Shown here piece after piece: positions 12,938-26,226 of a stretch of 64,000 bases of DNA (within the stretch, counting starts at the first letter, position 1; every line of letters starts with the position of its first letter). The DNA is taken from contig NC_135810.1 in the NCBI RefSeq assembly GCF_964213995.1, positions 99,634,001 to 99,698,000 of the forward strand, given 5' to 3'. The position numbers and the translations under genes are program-made. Source of the stretch: Mustelus asterias. Taxonomy: Eukaryota. The notes under the pieces were generated by a model. That model had not been told where the DNA came from, made no database searches, and was given only the letters and a program-made list of their open reading frames with translations.

Positions 12938-13303
12938 GTCCTAACTCCTCCTTTACCAAGTTCAGAAATGTTGATACACATGAGCATTTTTTTTTTGCTG
13001 TTTTAATATGTAAGGGTATGGGGTGTATTCACCAGGTCTGATACTCAGTCAGAGGTTGACACAACTTTTGCTAATGTATTCTGATAGTAAATTTTTGGGG
13101 CAAATATTATATCCATTGAACACCTGCCAGGGTTTAACACAGCAAACAAGCACAAACCACAGCTACAATGTTTTAAACATTCATTTACAATATAAAGTGT
13201 TGAAATAATACAGTGCTTCCAGTTGTGCTGTCGTTAAGCAAACATTTGTTTTGTCATATTCAGTTCATGGATAGTCTAAAAATAAACAGCTGTTGGAAAT
13301 TTA

Positions 13304-13590
13304 GGGAGTAATTCATCCAAAAGTGCTGAATTGGTGGGAAAACCGTTCTAAATCTGACAGTTCAGCTCAATGCCCGGTGAGCAGTGTCAAGGTGCTCCCT
13401 GGGCATGGGCACTTTGCCTCTTGGGCAGTGGCAAGGGGCACCGGCTGGCACTGCCAGGGTGTCCACACTCGGGGGGCACCACCCCTCCACTGCCTGACCC
13501 CCTGGGGGACCCCGATTGCCCTTTCATTCCGGCGGGGTCTCCCGCTAGATCTCCAACATGGGGAGCTAGTATGAACCCTGCCAGAATGAC
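13304..13590 (+). mobile_element. Non-autonomous Harbinger-like family D, internally deleted and interrupted by a solo LTR
   Basis: Colinear with parts of 45251-46324 (CCAAAAGTGCTGAA..., TTCATTCCGGC.GGGTCTCCCGCTAG). Confidence 0.75.
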
Positions 13591-14402
13591 TGTGGTGATA
13601 TAAACAGGGCCTCGTTTTAAGGCTGATAAAATTGGATATCCTAAATTAAAGAATTGGGCATATTGAAATTAAACACAGTCAAACCTCAGGCAGGCCAATT
13701 GTACAATACACAAATGTGTCTGTGCCTGACCCATCAACCACCCATCAAAGGTCATTACACTCTACTTGAGACTTAGCAGGAGATCATGGCACCTCATTGA
13801 AATGCATCGGTCTATTGTTAGAAGCCCAGATCGGGCCAGACTTTCTGTCACCAAGAGTTCCTGTAGATACCTTATCTGATAACAAGTTCAACAACATGGA
13901 GATGGACACCTGGGGGGTGGACCCTGGTGTCCTGTCAGGCAGACATCAAGAAACCCACTGGGTATTGGAACCCCCTCCTGGGACCTCATTGGCCGGAAGC
14001 CAGAGAAGTTTCTGGAAAGGCAAGCAGGCTGGGGATAAAGGGACACACTCAGAGGCACACTGCAGCGAAGACTTGACGAGGGAAGCAGTTGTGACAATTC
14101 GGAAGACTGACCAGAGAAGGAAGAAGCTGCCATCGAGACTCACCTTTGTGACGACAGACCAGAGGGACTCAGAGAATCGGGCCTGCAGTTTAACCAAGCC
14201 ATCTTTACGGGTAGTATACTTGAATCTGGGGTATCCTCTTGTTTTATGTGGGTAATTTAAGAGTTAATAGTGTTATTATTAATAAACTTGTTGAACCTTT
14301 ACTTGTGTTTGTCCTTTGTCCTCCTTGCAAATAAGGGCACTGGGGTAAAACCTTGGAGTAAGCAAACTGGTTGAAAGTATCTGAGAATTAACAGGTACAA
14401 CA
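13591..14402 (+). mobile_element. Solo LTR (812 bp), probably Gypsy-type
   Basis: TGTGGT...ACAACA termini; 4-bp TSD TGAC (13587-13590 and 14403-14406); AATAAA at 14281. Confidence 0.8.
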
Positions 14403-15631
14403 TGACGTTTTGAGAATCTGTCTCAAATCTGTTTCCTTTGTTTTCCTTCCTTCCAGAAAAAAACTGTAGTGCCCTTGAAGGCTAATCTTTCTTCATTTTA
14501 ATTTTCTGTGTCTTTCCAAACCTCTTGACTCGCCGGCCACGCTGTGTTCGCTACTTCGACTGCCCCTCAGGGTTTGGAACTACCACCACAACTCTCTCTG
14601 AGTCTCTTTGCCCTCAAACAGACATTGGGACGTGTGTGCCTCATTTCCAAACTTCAATTGAATTGGATACTCAGAGGTAAGTTGTGTCGTCGAAACTGAT
14701 CCCATCCTCATCGCCAGTGTGTAACAGCGTGGCACCCCCTTAGGCTTTGTTAGGGACAAAGTGTATTTATTGATAAAGAGAAATCAGTTACAGGGGATTG
14801 CGTCCCATGGCTGCCTTAGAGCTTAGCTCCTGTTCCTATATGCTTACTACATGGCTGCTCAAAGATTCTACCCAAGAGAGGATACCCCGCCCTAAGGTGA
14901 TCATTCGCTCTCCGTTTCCATTTGTCCCTCAAGCCAGGTGACCCTCTTTTGCCATCTTGAAGAGACAGGCACCATCATTATTTTGCATGTCTGGAAATGG
15001 CCACAAACACAACATAACAATATGACACAAGCTAGCTTAGCAGCTGCAGAATATGTTTATAATAAACAGCAACACTGGTGCCAACAGTTTCTGTTTTACA
15101 GTAACTACTTGGCAGCTGCTATACTATTAATTCAGTTTGATATTGCTGTTTTAAATGATTTAAGTGCATCTTTTATTAAATTTGAGAATTTGGTATTGTG
15201 TCGAAGTGAATTGCAAAATCGGAATTGCTTTGAGCAACTTTAAGCGTAAGCTCAAAGGAAGCCCATACAACCTGACAGCAATTCACACCTGTCCTGAACC
15301 AGTGTAAATGTGGGAAATTTGCAATAAAGTTCAATTGGACAGGGAGATGCGAACAAGCAATGAAGGGTCTGGGTGCAGGGCTGGGTGAACTGATGGAAAC
15401 GTTTGAGGTCATTCCGATGCAATGGGCCAAATCTTCCTTGGAGTGGAAATCACCTTCAGTTTGCCACTGTGCTCCATTTCCTCAGCTTGGAACTGTGTAT
15501 TCTTCACCTGGACGCCCCACCCGGGACTGCTGGGAAATGTGGAGCTTCGCCGCTCCTCGAGTCCCTCACTGTCGTGCAGCAAATGAAGATCCACCTCCTT
15601 TTTGCAACACTAATTGCCATAGGCCAGTTAG

Positions 15632-16360
15632 ATTCATAGAGGTTTACAGCATGGAAACAGGCCCTTCAGCCCAACTTGTCCATGCCACTCTTTTTTTTAA
15701 CCACTGAGTCAGTCCCAATTGCCTGCATTTGGCCCATATCCCTCTATACCCATCTTACCCATGTAACTGTCTAAATGCTTTTTAAAAGACAAAATTGTAC
15801 CCGCCTCTATTACTATCTCTGGCAGCACATTCCAAACACTCACCACCCTCTGTGTGAAAAAATTCCCCCTCTGTACACTTCTGTATCTCTCCCCTCTCAC
15901 CTTAAAACCAATGCCCTCTAGTTTTAGACTCCTCTACCTTTGGGAAAAGATGTTGACTATCTAGCTGATCTATGCCCCTCATTATTTTATGGACCTCTAT
16001 AAGATCATCCCTAAGTCTCCTACGCTCCAGGGAAACAAGTCCCAGTCTATCCAGTCTCTCCTTATAACTCAAACTATCAAGTCCCGGTAGCATTCTAGTA
16101 AATATTTTCTGCACTCTTTCTAGTTTAATAATATCCTTTCTATAATAGGGTGACCAGAACTGTCAACAAGACGTCCCAACTCCTGTATTCAATGTTTTGA
16201 CCAATGAAACCAAGCATGCCGAATGTCTTCTCTTTGTTCTATACCCAACATCCTACCGTTAACTGAGTAAATCCTGCCCTAGTTTGACCTACCAAAATGC
16301 ATCACTCGCCTTTATCGAAATTAAACTCCATCTGCCATTTATCAGCCCACTGGCCCACTT
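15632..16360 (-). mobile_element. CR1 3' fragment
   Basis: ORFs 15902-16114 and 15709-15900 (FTRMLPGL, FFTQRVVSVWN). Confidence 0.93.
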
Positions 16361-16410
16361 AGTTTAAATAAGTTTAAATTTCCCAAGTTATGTCAATGGG
16401 TAGGATTGTT

Positions 16411-16443
16411 TGGGGGGGGGGGGGGGGGCGGGGAGGGGGGGGG
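16411..16443 (+). repeat. Poly-G tract (G-quadruplex-prone)
   Basis: Near-uninterrupted G runs. Confidence 0.8.
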
Positions 16444-16748
16444 TTGGAGTCTAGAGGGTGATCATTTGGTCAGAGTGGTAGTCGGTTGTTGAGGTGGGTC
16501 AGCAGTTGGAGGGACTAATTGAGTGTATTCGAGGTTTGGAGGTGTGTGTGTGTTAGCAGGCCGGAGCTGTGGTCAAGAGGATAGGGGGATTGGAAGGCTT
16601 GTTGGGTGGTCAGAGGGACATTAAGGGTGGGATAATTGGGTGGTAATGGGGCAAATCCTTGCCTGGAGACTTCCGAGGTGCCCCAACAGATCTTCTGGGG
16701 TATGACCCTCTGGGGAATGGAAATTTCTGGCTCATTGTAACAAATGTA

Positions 16749-16875
16749 GGGGCGAATTTTCCCGTTCCGCCTGCCACGGGAATCGTAGCAAGTGAGAAAC
16801 GGATCATGGAAAGGTCTGTTGACCTCAGGCAGGATTTTCCGGTTTTGGGGCGAGCATCGCCGAAAAATCCCGCCC
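16749..16875 (+). mobile_element. MITE family A
   Basis: GGGGCGAATTTTCC...GAAAAATCCCGCCC; TSD GTA. Confidence 0.85.
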
Positions 16876-17074
16876 GTAATTGGTTTATGTTTGTTCTTAC
16901 ATCAGACCAGAATTTTCTCAATTTATTTCACCAATATTCTTACTTTAATCAAAGAAGAGATAATTGGTCATTGAGCCTGTTGCTGCTTGTGGAAGCTCTC
17001 TGTGCCTGTATTTAGTTGTTGTGTGTGTCAATTTGGTTTCAATATAATCCCAGAGGCACTGTAAATATACCACT

Positions 17075-17393
17075 GGGCAGCATGGTGGCACAGTGGTTAG
17101 CATTGCTGCCTCACAGCGCCAGGGACCCGGATTCGATTCCCAGCTTGGGTTATGTCTGTGCAGAGTCTGCACATTCTCCCTGTGTCTGTGTGGGTTTCCC
17201 CTGGGTGCTCCAGTTCCTCCCACAGTCTGAAAGGCGTACTGTTAGGTGCATTGGCCATGCTAAATTCTCCCTCAGTGTACCTGAACAGGCATCGGAGTGT
17301 GGCAACAAGGGGATTTTCACAGTAACTTCATTGCAGTGTTAATATAAGCCTACTTGTGACACTAATAAATAAATTTAACTTAAACTTAAACTT
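17075..17393 (+). mobile_element. V-SINE tail type B
   Basis: Full-length; TAAACT repeats at the end. Confidence 0.9.
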
Positions 17394-18179
17394 CCCCAAC
17401 CACAGTGAACATCACTTCTTAACCATCAGTCAGTTGACAAAAGCAGGCTTGATCCCTCACTTGATAGCAAGCGTTCCTCATTAACAATCTCCTTTTTATC
17501 CGGTTATAATATTATCAATTACCTCAAAGACTCAATCCAGCGGACTCTGTTGTGAAGGAAAATAAGCAGCCTAGCTCTGTAAATACTTGACAACTGGGAA
17601 GGAAAGTATTAATAGATTGACAGAACACATTCTAGACCCATTCAATTCTGGGCCTGTGGTCACTAGTTGGATGTTTCTGCGGTTTGAATAATTGAATTTA
17701 ACATGCTGCTTCATTCTTCTGGTAACTTTAAATTTACTGATGCAAAATTTCCTATATGTATAAACTGCATATCAGTGTTAAACACAGTGCATTTTGGATT
17801 AAATACGAATAAATGTTGCATATAATACATTCTTTATAATGTAATAGATGGGAATGACTAAAGGAAATGATCTTAGCCAGATGTTCAGATAAACTGTTTA
17901 AACTTTACAGTTGTGGTTTGCCATCATTTGAACCTTGTAATCACGTTAGACTACTCCGTGTTCTGTTATTAAATATATAAACACAACTATTCATTATTGT
18001 TGCCTATTACATTAGCACTCACAGAAAGTATTAAGATTATAAGTGATTAAAGCCTAGGAATTATTACCTGTAACATTAGCACGGAAATCCTTACTGTAAC
18101 ATTTGCAGTCCTCTTGCCTGCCACTTGAAATAAGCAATAGCAAGCTTATTTCTAAGAGGTTCATGCTTCCGTTAAAATA

Positions 18180-18640
18180 GGTCCCTTTTCCTAAGGAAGG
18201 ATATACTTGTCTTAAAGAGGGGATGGAATGAGGACTCACCAGATTGATTCTTGTGATGAGAATGTCGCCTGATTGAGTAGAATGGCCATATATATCCTCT
18301 GGAATTTAGAAGAATGAGAGATGGTCTTAGAGAAACATTTAAAACTCTTGAGGGCAGCTGTTGAGAAATGGCTGAAGCACGTGATGGGGTCATAGTTCGA
18401 GTAAGGGGTGGACCATTTAGCACTGAGATGAGGAGAAAGTTCTTCACGCAGGGGTCTAGGAGTCTTTGGCAATCTCTAGTTTGTTCAGTTGTTGAAGCTC
18501 GATCGTTGAGTATATTCAAGTCTGAGCTCAGTAGATTGGATTCTAGGGGCATCAAGGCATATGGGGACAGGGTGGGAAAATAACATCGAGGTAGAAGATC
18601 AGATTTAACTGACTGACAAAGTGGCCTGAGGATCTGTTTG
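18180..18640 (+). mobile_element. Decayed CR1 3' fragment
   Basis: VRGGPFSTEMRRKFFTQ...VVEARSLSIFK. Confidence 0.8.
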
Positions 18641-18647
18641 ACCCACT

Positions 18648-18988
18648 TTTTTTAAATTCATTGATAGGAAGTGGGTGCCTCTGGTCAGCATTTATTGCCC
18701 ATTCCTCAGGACATTTAAGAGTCAACCACATTGCTGTGGATCTAGAGTCACATATAGGCCGGACCAAGTAAAAATGGCAGATTTTCTTCCCTATAGAACC
18801 TGCTAACACTCAACTTGAGGGCTTTTAACGACAGTTGTTTCATGGTCATCTTTCGACTTCTAATTCCAATTTTTTAATTGAATTCAAATTTCACCCTCTG
18901 ACATAGTGGGACTCAAATGCAAGCCCCCAGAGCATTACCCTGGGTCTTTGAATTATTAGTCCAGCGACAATACCACCACTTTCTCCCC
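18648..18988 (-). mobile_element. LINE-B-partner SINE
   Basis: CAGCATTTATTGCCC, GAGTCAACCACATTGCTGTGG and CCCCAGAGCATTACCCTGGG as in the other copies. Confidence 0.8.
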
Positions 18989-19319
18989 TAGACAAGTCAC
19001 TCAAGGCTGGAATTGGACTTGGGTCCCTGGCACCATGAGGCAGCAGTGCTAACCTCCATGCCTCCGTGCTCATATTTTTAATGTTCGGGCCTCAATGGAC
19101 AAGTGGAGTAAGTGCTTCTCCATTTTTTTTCATGGATTTAAAGTAAGACCAACTGGGGGATAACTGGGGGAAAAGGTGCAAACAACAATTAAATGAGTGC
19201 TGTGCTAATTAGACACACTTGCTTGAAAATTCAGTTTGCACACACTATTTTGGTCCTAATTGCTGATGACCATAATTGGATCTTACCTAGAGGCATTAAA
19301 ACAGACAATAGCACTCAAG

Positions 19320-19700
19320 CAGTCCAGCCCCGATCGTCCTCCTTCCCCCTTGCAGAGTGGCAGCGGAATACCCCCCAAACTGATAATTCCACCACCCCCA
19401 CCGCCCATAGGCCCTGCAGTCCAGTATGCCCCACCCCCCTGGCCCCACTTCCTTGGCACTGCCAGTTTGGCATTGCCCAAAGGGCACCCCCCCTTGCCCC
19501 CGACCTCCCGGGGAGGGGGGGGGGGGTGGTGCTCAATGGCCTCTGTCCCCACCAGCAAAGTGAAGACGCCTGTTTCCTGTTAATGGGGAGCAGTTCTAAA
19601 CCCCATTAGTGGGAACCACTCCCGGCAGGTTGGGAGACGCTAGCGGCCCTTGTGAATACCATCCCGGGCTGCCTTCTAATCATATAGAAATCGGTGCGGA
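19320..19700 (+). mobile_element. Family D Harbinger-like internal fragment
   Basis: GCAGAGTGGCAG...GGCACTGCC motifs shared with 45750-45930. Confidence 0.55.
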
Positions 19701-20145
19701 GCTGATTGCACTAAATAAAAGTACTTGAGGGACTCAAACCTTGCGCAATGCCTCCCGCTGGTGTCCTCCAGTCCACTGTGCTACTCGAGCAGTGCAGCAG
19801 GCCAGGAGAATCCCGGCCATGATGTTTATCTGTCCAACTTCAAAATGTACTTCACACATGAGAGGCTGTCGTCTGCCATTAGGCAGCACGAAGAAAACCT
19901 TTTTCACATCATTTAAAGAAGCAATTCTTGTGAGGTTAATAAAAACTAAAGTCACTGTTGAAATTAATTGTCACAATCTGCGATCTACTTTGTAAATGAT
20001 GCTGCTTCACACTGCTATTGAAAATTTACTCCAAACGTCCTTCAAAAGCAACTTGAATATTAGTGAACCATGTTACCTCACAGGCAGCTGAGCCAATGGT
20101 TTACCCCGATCTGTATCAACAAACAAATTAAATGGATTAAATCAT

Positions 20146-20325
20146 CATAGAATCACTACAGTGCAGAAGGAGACCACTCGGCCCATCGAGTCTGCACTGA
20201 CAACAATCCCACCCCAGGCCCTATCCCCACTTATTTACCCCGCTAATCCCTCTAACCTACACTTCCTGAGAAACTAAGGGGCAATTTAGCATGGCCAATC
20301 AACCTAACCTACACATCTTTGGACA
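20146..20325 (-). mobile_element. HE1 SINE, 5'-truncated (tail type A)
   Basis: CATAGAATC.CTACAGTGCAGAAGGAG...CCCATCGAGTCTGCAC. Confidence 0.88.
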
Positions 20326-20922
20326 TAGTATGGGCATGGCTAGAATGGTGAATTTCCAACACTTTCACCACACTGAACTCCATCATTTGCAGAAAATTGT
20401 TTGAAATAGCCCTAATGCATTCAATTTTTAGGAACATTCAAATTAAAGAACAATTTGAACTGCTGAAATTAAACAGGGGATAAACTAGAACTTCATTCTG
20501 ACCATTTCACAGGTCTGAAATAAGATAAAAAGGTTATGTTGTTCAGGCTCTCTCTGCAGCATAAACGGAGGCCCATAACAGGGCCAGTGAAGGCCACCAA
20601 CATAAAGGGAAGTTCTTTTTTTCTTTTCCACTTACCTCAACGTAGAACCAGTTGGAATAGGAATTTACAGCAGGCTGCCCTCTGCCAATTCCCTCATCGC
20701 TCTTTCCCCTTCCAGGAACTATTTGAGGATTGCTGCTGTTGGTGGTGATGACACAGTTTAATGGAGAAAACACAAGAGCCACCTCAGGAGGTCAAACAGA
20801 TCTCAGGAAGCCACTTTACAGCGGCCACATTCTGAGCATGCTGACCATTTTGGGCCTGAGAACAAGCCTAGCGATATCCTCCCCCACAGTTGCACGCAAT
20901 GTATGCAACTTAACACAAAAAG

Positions 20923-21272
20923 ATAGAATCATAGAATCCCTACAGTGCAGAAGGAGGCCATTCAGCCCATTAAGTCTGCATCCACTCTCCGACAGAGCAT
21001 CCCACCCAACCTTAACCCCGTAACCCTACATATTTACCCTGCTAATCCTCCTAATCTATACATGTTTGGATACTAAGGGGCAATTTACCATGGCCAATCC
21101 ACTTAACCTGCACATCTTTGGACTGTGGAAGGAAACCAGAGCACCTGGAGGAAACCCACACAGCCACAGGGAGAACATGCAAACTCCACACGGAGAGTCA
21201 AGACGGGAATGGAATCAGGGTCTCTGATGCTGTGAGGCAGCAGTGCTAACCACTGTGCCACTGTGCTGTCCC
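20923..21272 (-). mobile_element. HE1 SINE (tail type A)
   Basis: Full head to ATTCTATG-type tail on the minus strand. Confidence 0.92.
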
Positions 21273-21546
21273 CATGAAGGAATGCTTTGAAAGAGAGGAA
21301 ATTTTACTTTAGTTGATTATTTTAACTCCCAAATTTAAATGCATTAACCTGTCTCATAAATGCCTGCAGTGAGAGAAAGTGGGTATAAATCTATGAAATT
21401 TGCAGATTTCATTGACTTGACTGAGGGGTGCAGCTTTGATAATCAGTCTTGCATGGTTTCAGTGAGGGTATTGTCAGAGTGGTGTGAAAGTGATCTATAA
21501 CTAACTTACACCATCATTTCCTCCTGTAAAACAAACCAAAGACTTT

Positions 21547-21683
21547 CGCCGGAAACCTCCGGTCTCCTCCACGACTGGGGTTCTCCGGTGCTGCTGCAGT
21601 GAATGGAGTTTTTGGCTGAGCGCCAAATTCTCCATCCACACTGACAGCGAAGCGGGAACACACGAGATCGGAGAATCCTAACC
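21547..21683 (+). mobile_element. MITE family C
   Basis: GCTGCAGTGAATGGAG...GGCTGAGCGCCAAATTCTCC core; imperfect TIRs. Confidence 0.75.
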
Positions 21684-22410
21684 ATTGATCAACCTTCTCA
21701 AGAGCACAAATGTCCAGGAAATTCTGCTCCAGTATATTTAAATAATTGGTAATGAATCCTGTGAAGAAATCTGACAAAATAAATAAACTGCTATGTTTAA
21801 GGATTTAAGAAAGCCATGATATACCCGTAGCCTGCTAAAAGAACGTTAATGTATGCTGTTGAATATATTTGGGGTTAGCAATAATCCAACATCTGCCAAA
21901 TGGTGATAGGTACCTGCAGAGTTAGGATTTGCCGTTTATGATTTGTTTTACTCCATTTAGTGACATATTTCACAGCCTGTCTACTTTCACGGGCTTACTT
22001 CTTCCATTAGAGGATTGAAGTAATTAAAACCAAGGTGATTTTCTATCCAGCCTCAAAATTCACTTCACACGTCAGAGATTTCATGAGAGGGCGTCATAAT
22101 AATTCAAAGATTCTAATCTCTTTTGATCAGACGCATGCTAAGAGCTGGAAAACACACAGAATATTATCTGAACATCTGGATTCTGCACAGAGCAAAGGGG
22201 TAATCAGACAGCTGGAAGAAATATCACGAGGATAATTCTAACTTCTAAAACCTGATTAAAGAGGAAGAGATAAGTAAGGTGTTAAAGCGCAGGGTTCCAC
22301 TATTCAGAGCAAGAGTAAGAATAAAAATTCAGAAACACTGGGAAGTGAAATTGGAGCACAGTCCAGATTCACCGAAGTCAGCAGCCTTTAAGAGTTAGAA
22401 GATGTATTCA

Positions 22411-22703
22411 GTTAAGTTTATTTATTAGTGTCACAAGTAAGGCTTACATTAACACTACAGTGAAGTTACTGTGAAAATCCCCTAGTCGCCACACTCCGGC
22501 ACCTGTTCGGGTACACCAAGGGAGAATTTAGCATGGCCAATGCACCCTAACCAACACTACTTCGGATTGAGAGAGGAAACCAGAGCACCCGGAGGAAACC
22601 CACGCAGACATGGGGAGAACGTGCAGACTCCGTACAGACAGTGACCCAAGCCAGGAATCAACCCCAGGTCCCTGGTGCTGTGAGGGAGAAATGTTAACCA
22701 CAG
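22411..22703 (-). mobile_element. V-SINE tail type B
   Basis: TTTATTAGTGTCACAAGT...GAAGTTACTGTGAAAATCCCC. Confidence 0.9.
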
Positions 22704-22754
22704 GTTGCATTAGCTTGATTTGTATAGATATTTGAGGGGCTATATAAATAAATG

Positions 22755-23015
22755 CTTAAAATAATAGAAAGGTTCATTGGGGTAGATACGAACAAGCTAT
22801 TTCTCCAGCTGGAGAAATCCAGAACAAGGGGCAGGATCTTAAAATTTGAGCTGAGTCAGTCCTGATTGAAGTACTTTTTAACACACAGAGGAGTGAAAAT
22901 CTAAAATTCTCTCCCCCAAAGTATTAAATTTTAAAGGTTAAGATCAGCAGATGTGTACGAGAGAAGGTGTCAAGGGATATGAATCAAAGGCAAATAAATG
23001 GAGTTGAGGTATGGA
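22755..23015 (+). mobile_element. Decayed CR1 3' fragment
   Basis: GAATCAAAGGC...GGAGTTGAGGTA; weak TRGH/FFTQR homology. Confidence 0.55.
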
Positions 23016-23017
23016 TC

Positions 23018-23640
23018 CATAGAATCCCTACAGTGCAGAAGGAGGCCATTCGGCCCATCAAGGTTGCAATGACTCTCCAAAAGAGCATCTTGTCCAGGTC
23101 CTATCGCCACACAGTGCCATGGACCCAGGTACGATTCCCGGCTTGGGTCACTGTCTGTGCAGAGTCTGCACGTTCTCCCCGTGTCTGCGTGAGTTTCCTC
23201 CGAGTGCTCCAGTATCCTCCCACAGTCCAAAGACGTGCTGGTTGGGGTGCATTGGCCATGCTAAATTCTCCCTGAGCGTACCCGAATAGGTGCCAGAGGG
23301 TGGCGACTTGGGGATTTTCACAGTAACTTCATTGCAGTGTTAATGTAAACCTACTTGTGACTTATATATTAACTTCAAACTTTAAACGTTAAACTTTAAA
23401 CATTTTATCATTGTTAATCCACCGAACCTACACACATCTTTTGGATACTATGGGGCAATTTAGCATGGTCAACCCACCTAACCTGCACATCTTTGGACTG
23501 TAGGAAGAAAGTGGAGCACTCAGAGGAAACCCACGCAGATACACAGAGAACATGCAAACTCCATATAGACAGTTACCCAAGACCAGAATCAAACCCAGAT
23601 CCCTGATGTGAGGCAGCAGTGCTAACCATTGTGCCACCAT
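23018..23640 (-). mobile_element. HE1 SINE (tail type A) split by an opposite-strand type-B SINE
   Basis: Tail at 23018-23105 and head at about 23415-23640. Confidence 0.85.
23108..23400 (+). mobile_element. V-SINE tail type B nested in HE1
   Basis: 5'-truncated head; GGGATTTTCACAGTAACTTCATTGC tail. Confidence 0.88.
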
Positions 23641-24360
23641 GGAGAGGGAGGACAGATCGTTCTCTGGTTGTGGGGGGGGCGGGGGCGTGGGGAGGGAGAA
23701 CAGATCGTTCTCTGGTGGGACCGGAGCAGAGGGAGGCCCGATTGTTGTCTGGCGGGCGGGGGGAGGCAGAGGGAGATCCAATTGTTGTCTGGTGGGGGGG
23801 GAGGCCAGATCGCTCTCTGGTAGGGAGGGGGATGGAGGGGGGGGGGGGAGGAGTGAAGCCTGATCATTCTCTATGGGGGGGGGGGGGGGAGCCCGATCAT
23901 TCTCTGGTGGTGGGGGGAAGTCGGGGGGGGGGGGGTTGCAGGAAGGGACCGCTGCCACTCTGTGGGCAATCGATGGGGGGGAAGGGGGGGCAGGGGGTCA
24001 TGATTGGTCTGGGTAGTGGAGGAGGGTGGGTGAATAAGGGGGACAGTTATGTTGTGGGGGTGGGACAATGTCTGTGGGGGCTATCGCTCCCGCTTTTTGC
24101 TCCCGGGCCGCTTGATCCGCTTTTTGCGGTCCGGGAGCAATGTGACAGCAGCGCGTTTTTCAATTTTTTTTCTCACGGTGCATGCGCAGTTCAGAGCTCT
24201 GATCGTTTCGGGCGCGATAAGCCCCACCCACAGCGCAATTTGGACTCGCGATTTTGTTTTCAAGCTATGTGCGTAAGGGAGCGCCTGAGAACAGATTTCC
24301 AAGTCGGATCTGAATTGCGCCAGATTCAGCATTTAGAATCAAAATGGTAAAATGGGCCCC
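23641..24360. mobile_element. GC-rich non-autonomous DNA transposon arm with an internal G-rich minisatellite
   Basis: Ends GGTAAAATGGGCCCC (TIR-like, resembling the other Harbinger-type ends); about 7 copies of GATCGTTCTCTGGT-like motif at 23652-23910. Confidence 0.6.
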
Positions 24361-25174
24361 AAGTGTTGGGGTGGTATAAAATTTACATGGAACATATGAC
24401 AGAAAAACAGTCCAAACAGTCCATGCTGGTATCCGTGTACTTAAATAGTGCAGCGCTGCAAAAGATAACTGAGAGTCATTGAGGGACGTAAGCATGGCAT
24501 CGTTAAATGTGTTGAGGAAACTTTTATTTCACTTAATAAATCCATAAATATACCCGCGTACACTGAAGCACAAATTTCCTCTAATTTCAGTGTAACAGCA
24601 ACGTACCATCAGTGTAAAGGCTGAAGACAGCAGGATAATTTTACGAAATTGGCACATGGGATGTAGGTAATATATAGACAGCATCCTGCTCTCCGCATTG
24701 AGTTCCTATGCCAGCTGGTATTTTAACTCACACACTTAGGGAACCTTGTGGGGTTAAAATCCAGGGGTAGCATTGGATGGTATAATTCAGACCCAAATGT
24801 TAACACATCCTCATGTATTTGGCCAACAAACACAGGTGGCAGAGGTCAACAAACTCAGATAAAGGCCAGAAAGGGAAATTAATTCCATTAAAAAGATTTT
24901 CTCTCAGCTCATAAAATAACATGAGACCTTCCCTGCCCAGACTTCCCTTCAGCCCACAATTCAGCCTCCAGAGCCCTTTTTCTCCAGGCTTATATGCAGG
25001 GGTGATTTTGAGTATTGGCTTATGCCAGGCTTATTGTGTCCTGTTTCGCCATTCAGTTAGACTATGATCGATAGTCTTGCCTTTGATCCATACCTCTTGA
25101 TACCTTATTTCATATCATTGATGAAGGCTTTGAGTGAAAGTTTGTCTTGCTCTAATTAAGAGATTATCAAGGAA

Positions 25175-26220
25175 CCATAGAATGATTACAGCACAGTAGG
25201 AGACCAGTCAACCTTCTATGTATATGCTAGCCTCTTAATTATTATTTATTTGAATTTCACTATTTCAGAGGGCAGTTGAGAGTCAACAACATTGCTGTGG
25301 CTCTGGAGTTACATGTAGGCCAGACCCCAGGTAAGGACGACAGATTTCCTTCCCTAAAGGACATTAGCGAACCTGCCATTTACAGTGATCTATGCACATA
25401 TACATGGTGGGATTTGAACCCATGTCCCCAGAGCATTATCTTGGGCCTCTGGGTTACCAGTCCAGTGACGTTACCTCTATATCAAAAGAAGCAATTCACT
25501 TTCCTGCCTTTTTCCCTTTAGCCCTGCACATTTTCCTTTTCAGAGAGTGATCCAATTCTCTTTTGAAGGTCTCAGTTGACCCTTCCTCCATCACATTCTC
25601 AAGCAGTGCATTCCAGATCCTTAACACTCACTGTGCACAAAGGTTTCTCCTCATGTTGCCATCGCTTCTTTAGCCAATTACCTTAACTCTGGTTATTGAT
25701 CCTTCCTCCAATGGGAACAGTTTCTCCCTATCTACTCTGTCCAGACCCCTGATGATTTTGAATACCTCTATCAAATCTCCTCTCAACTTCTCTTCTCCAA
25801 GGACAACAGTTCCAACTTCTCAATTTTTTTTTACATAACTGTAATTCCTCATCCCTGGAACCATTCTCGTGACTCTTCTCTGCATCCTCTCCATGCCTTC
25901 TCAACTTTCCTCAAGTGTGGTGTCTGGAACTGGACACAATACTCCAATTGAGGTCAAACCAGTGTTTTGTACAGGTTTAGTATAATTTTCTTCCTTATGT
26001 ACTCTCTGCTCCCAAGCCAAAAATGCTGTTTGCTTTATTAACTGCTCCCTCAACCTGTCCTGCCACCTGCAGTGATCTATGCACATATACATCCAGGCCC
26101 CTCAACTCCTGCACTCCTTTACAATTGTATCCTTTATTTTTTATTGTCTCTCTGTATTCTACCAACCAGAATGAATTACTTCACACTCTGCTGTGTTAAA
26201 TTTCATCTGCCCATTCCACC
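25175..26220 (-). mobile_element. Decayed CR1 3' portion containing a LINE-B-partner SINE fragment (about 25258-25480)
   Basis: GGAACTGGACACAATACTCCA (reverse complement of LEYCVQF) and AAATCTCCTCTCAA. Confidence 0.8.
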
Positions 26221-26226
26221 TATATT

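Noticed and set aside
14720-14978. Possible minus-strand solo LTR (also 55528-55769)
   Set aside because: TG...CA ends are possible but no matching TSD was found.
20630-20790. Possible exon (minus-strand GAG/GTAAGT donor; plus-strand CCCCTTCCAG acceptor)
   Set aside because: Isolated splice-like motifs; translations are unrecognisable or hit stops.
23641-23945. CRISPR-like repeat-spacer appearance
   Set aside because: Repeats are short and degenerate, spacers are low-complexity G runs, there are no cas genes and the context is eukaryotic.
23619-24350. 243-aa ORF (and the 176-aa antisense ORF)
   Set aside because: Gly/Pro-rich read-through of G-run repeats; starts at a non-ATG codon in a SINE; no recognisable domain.
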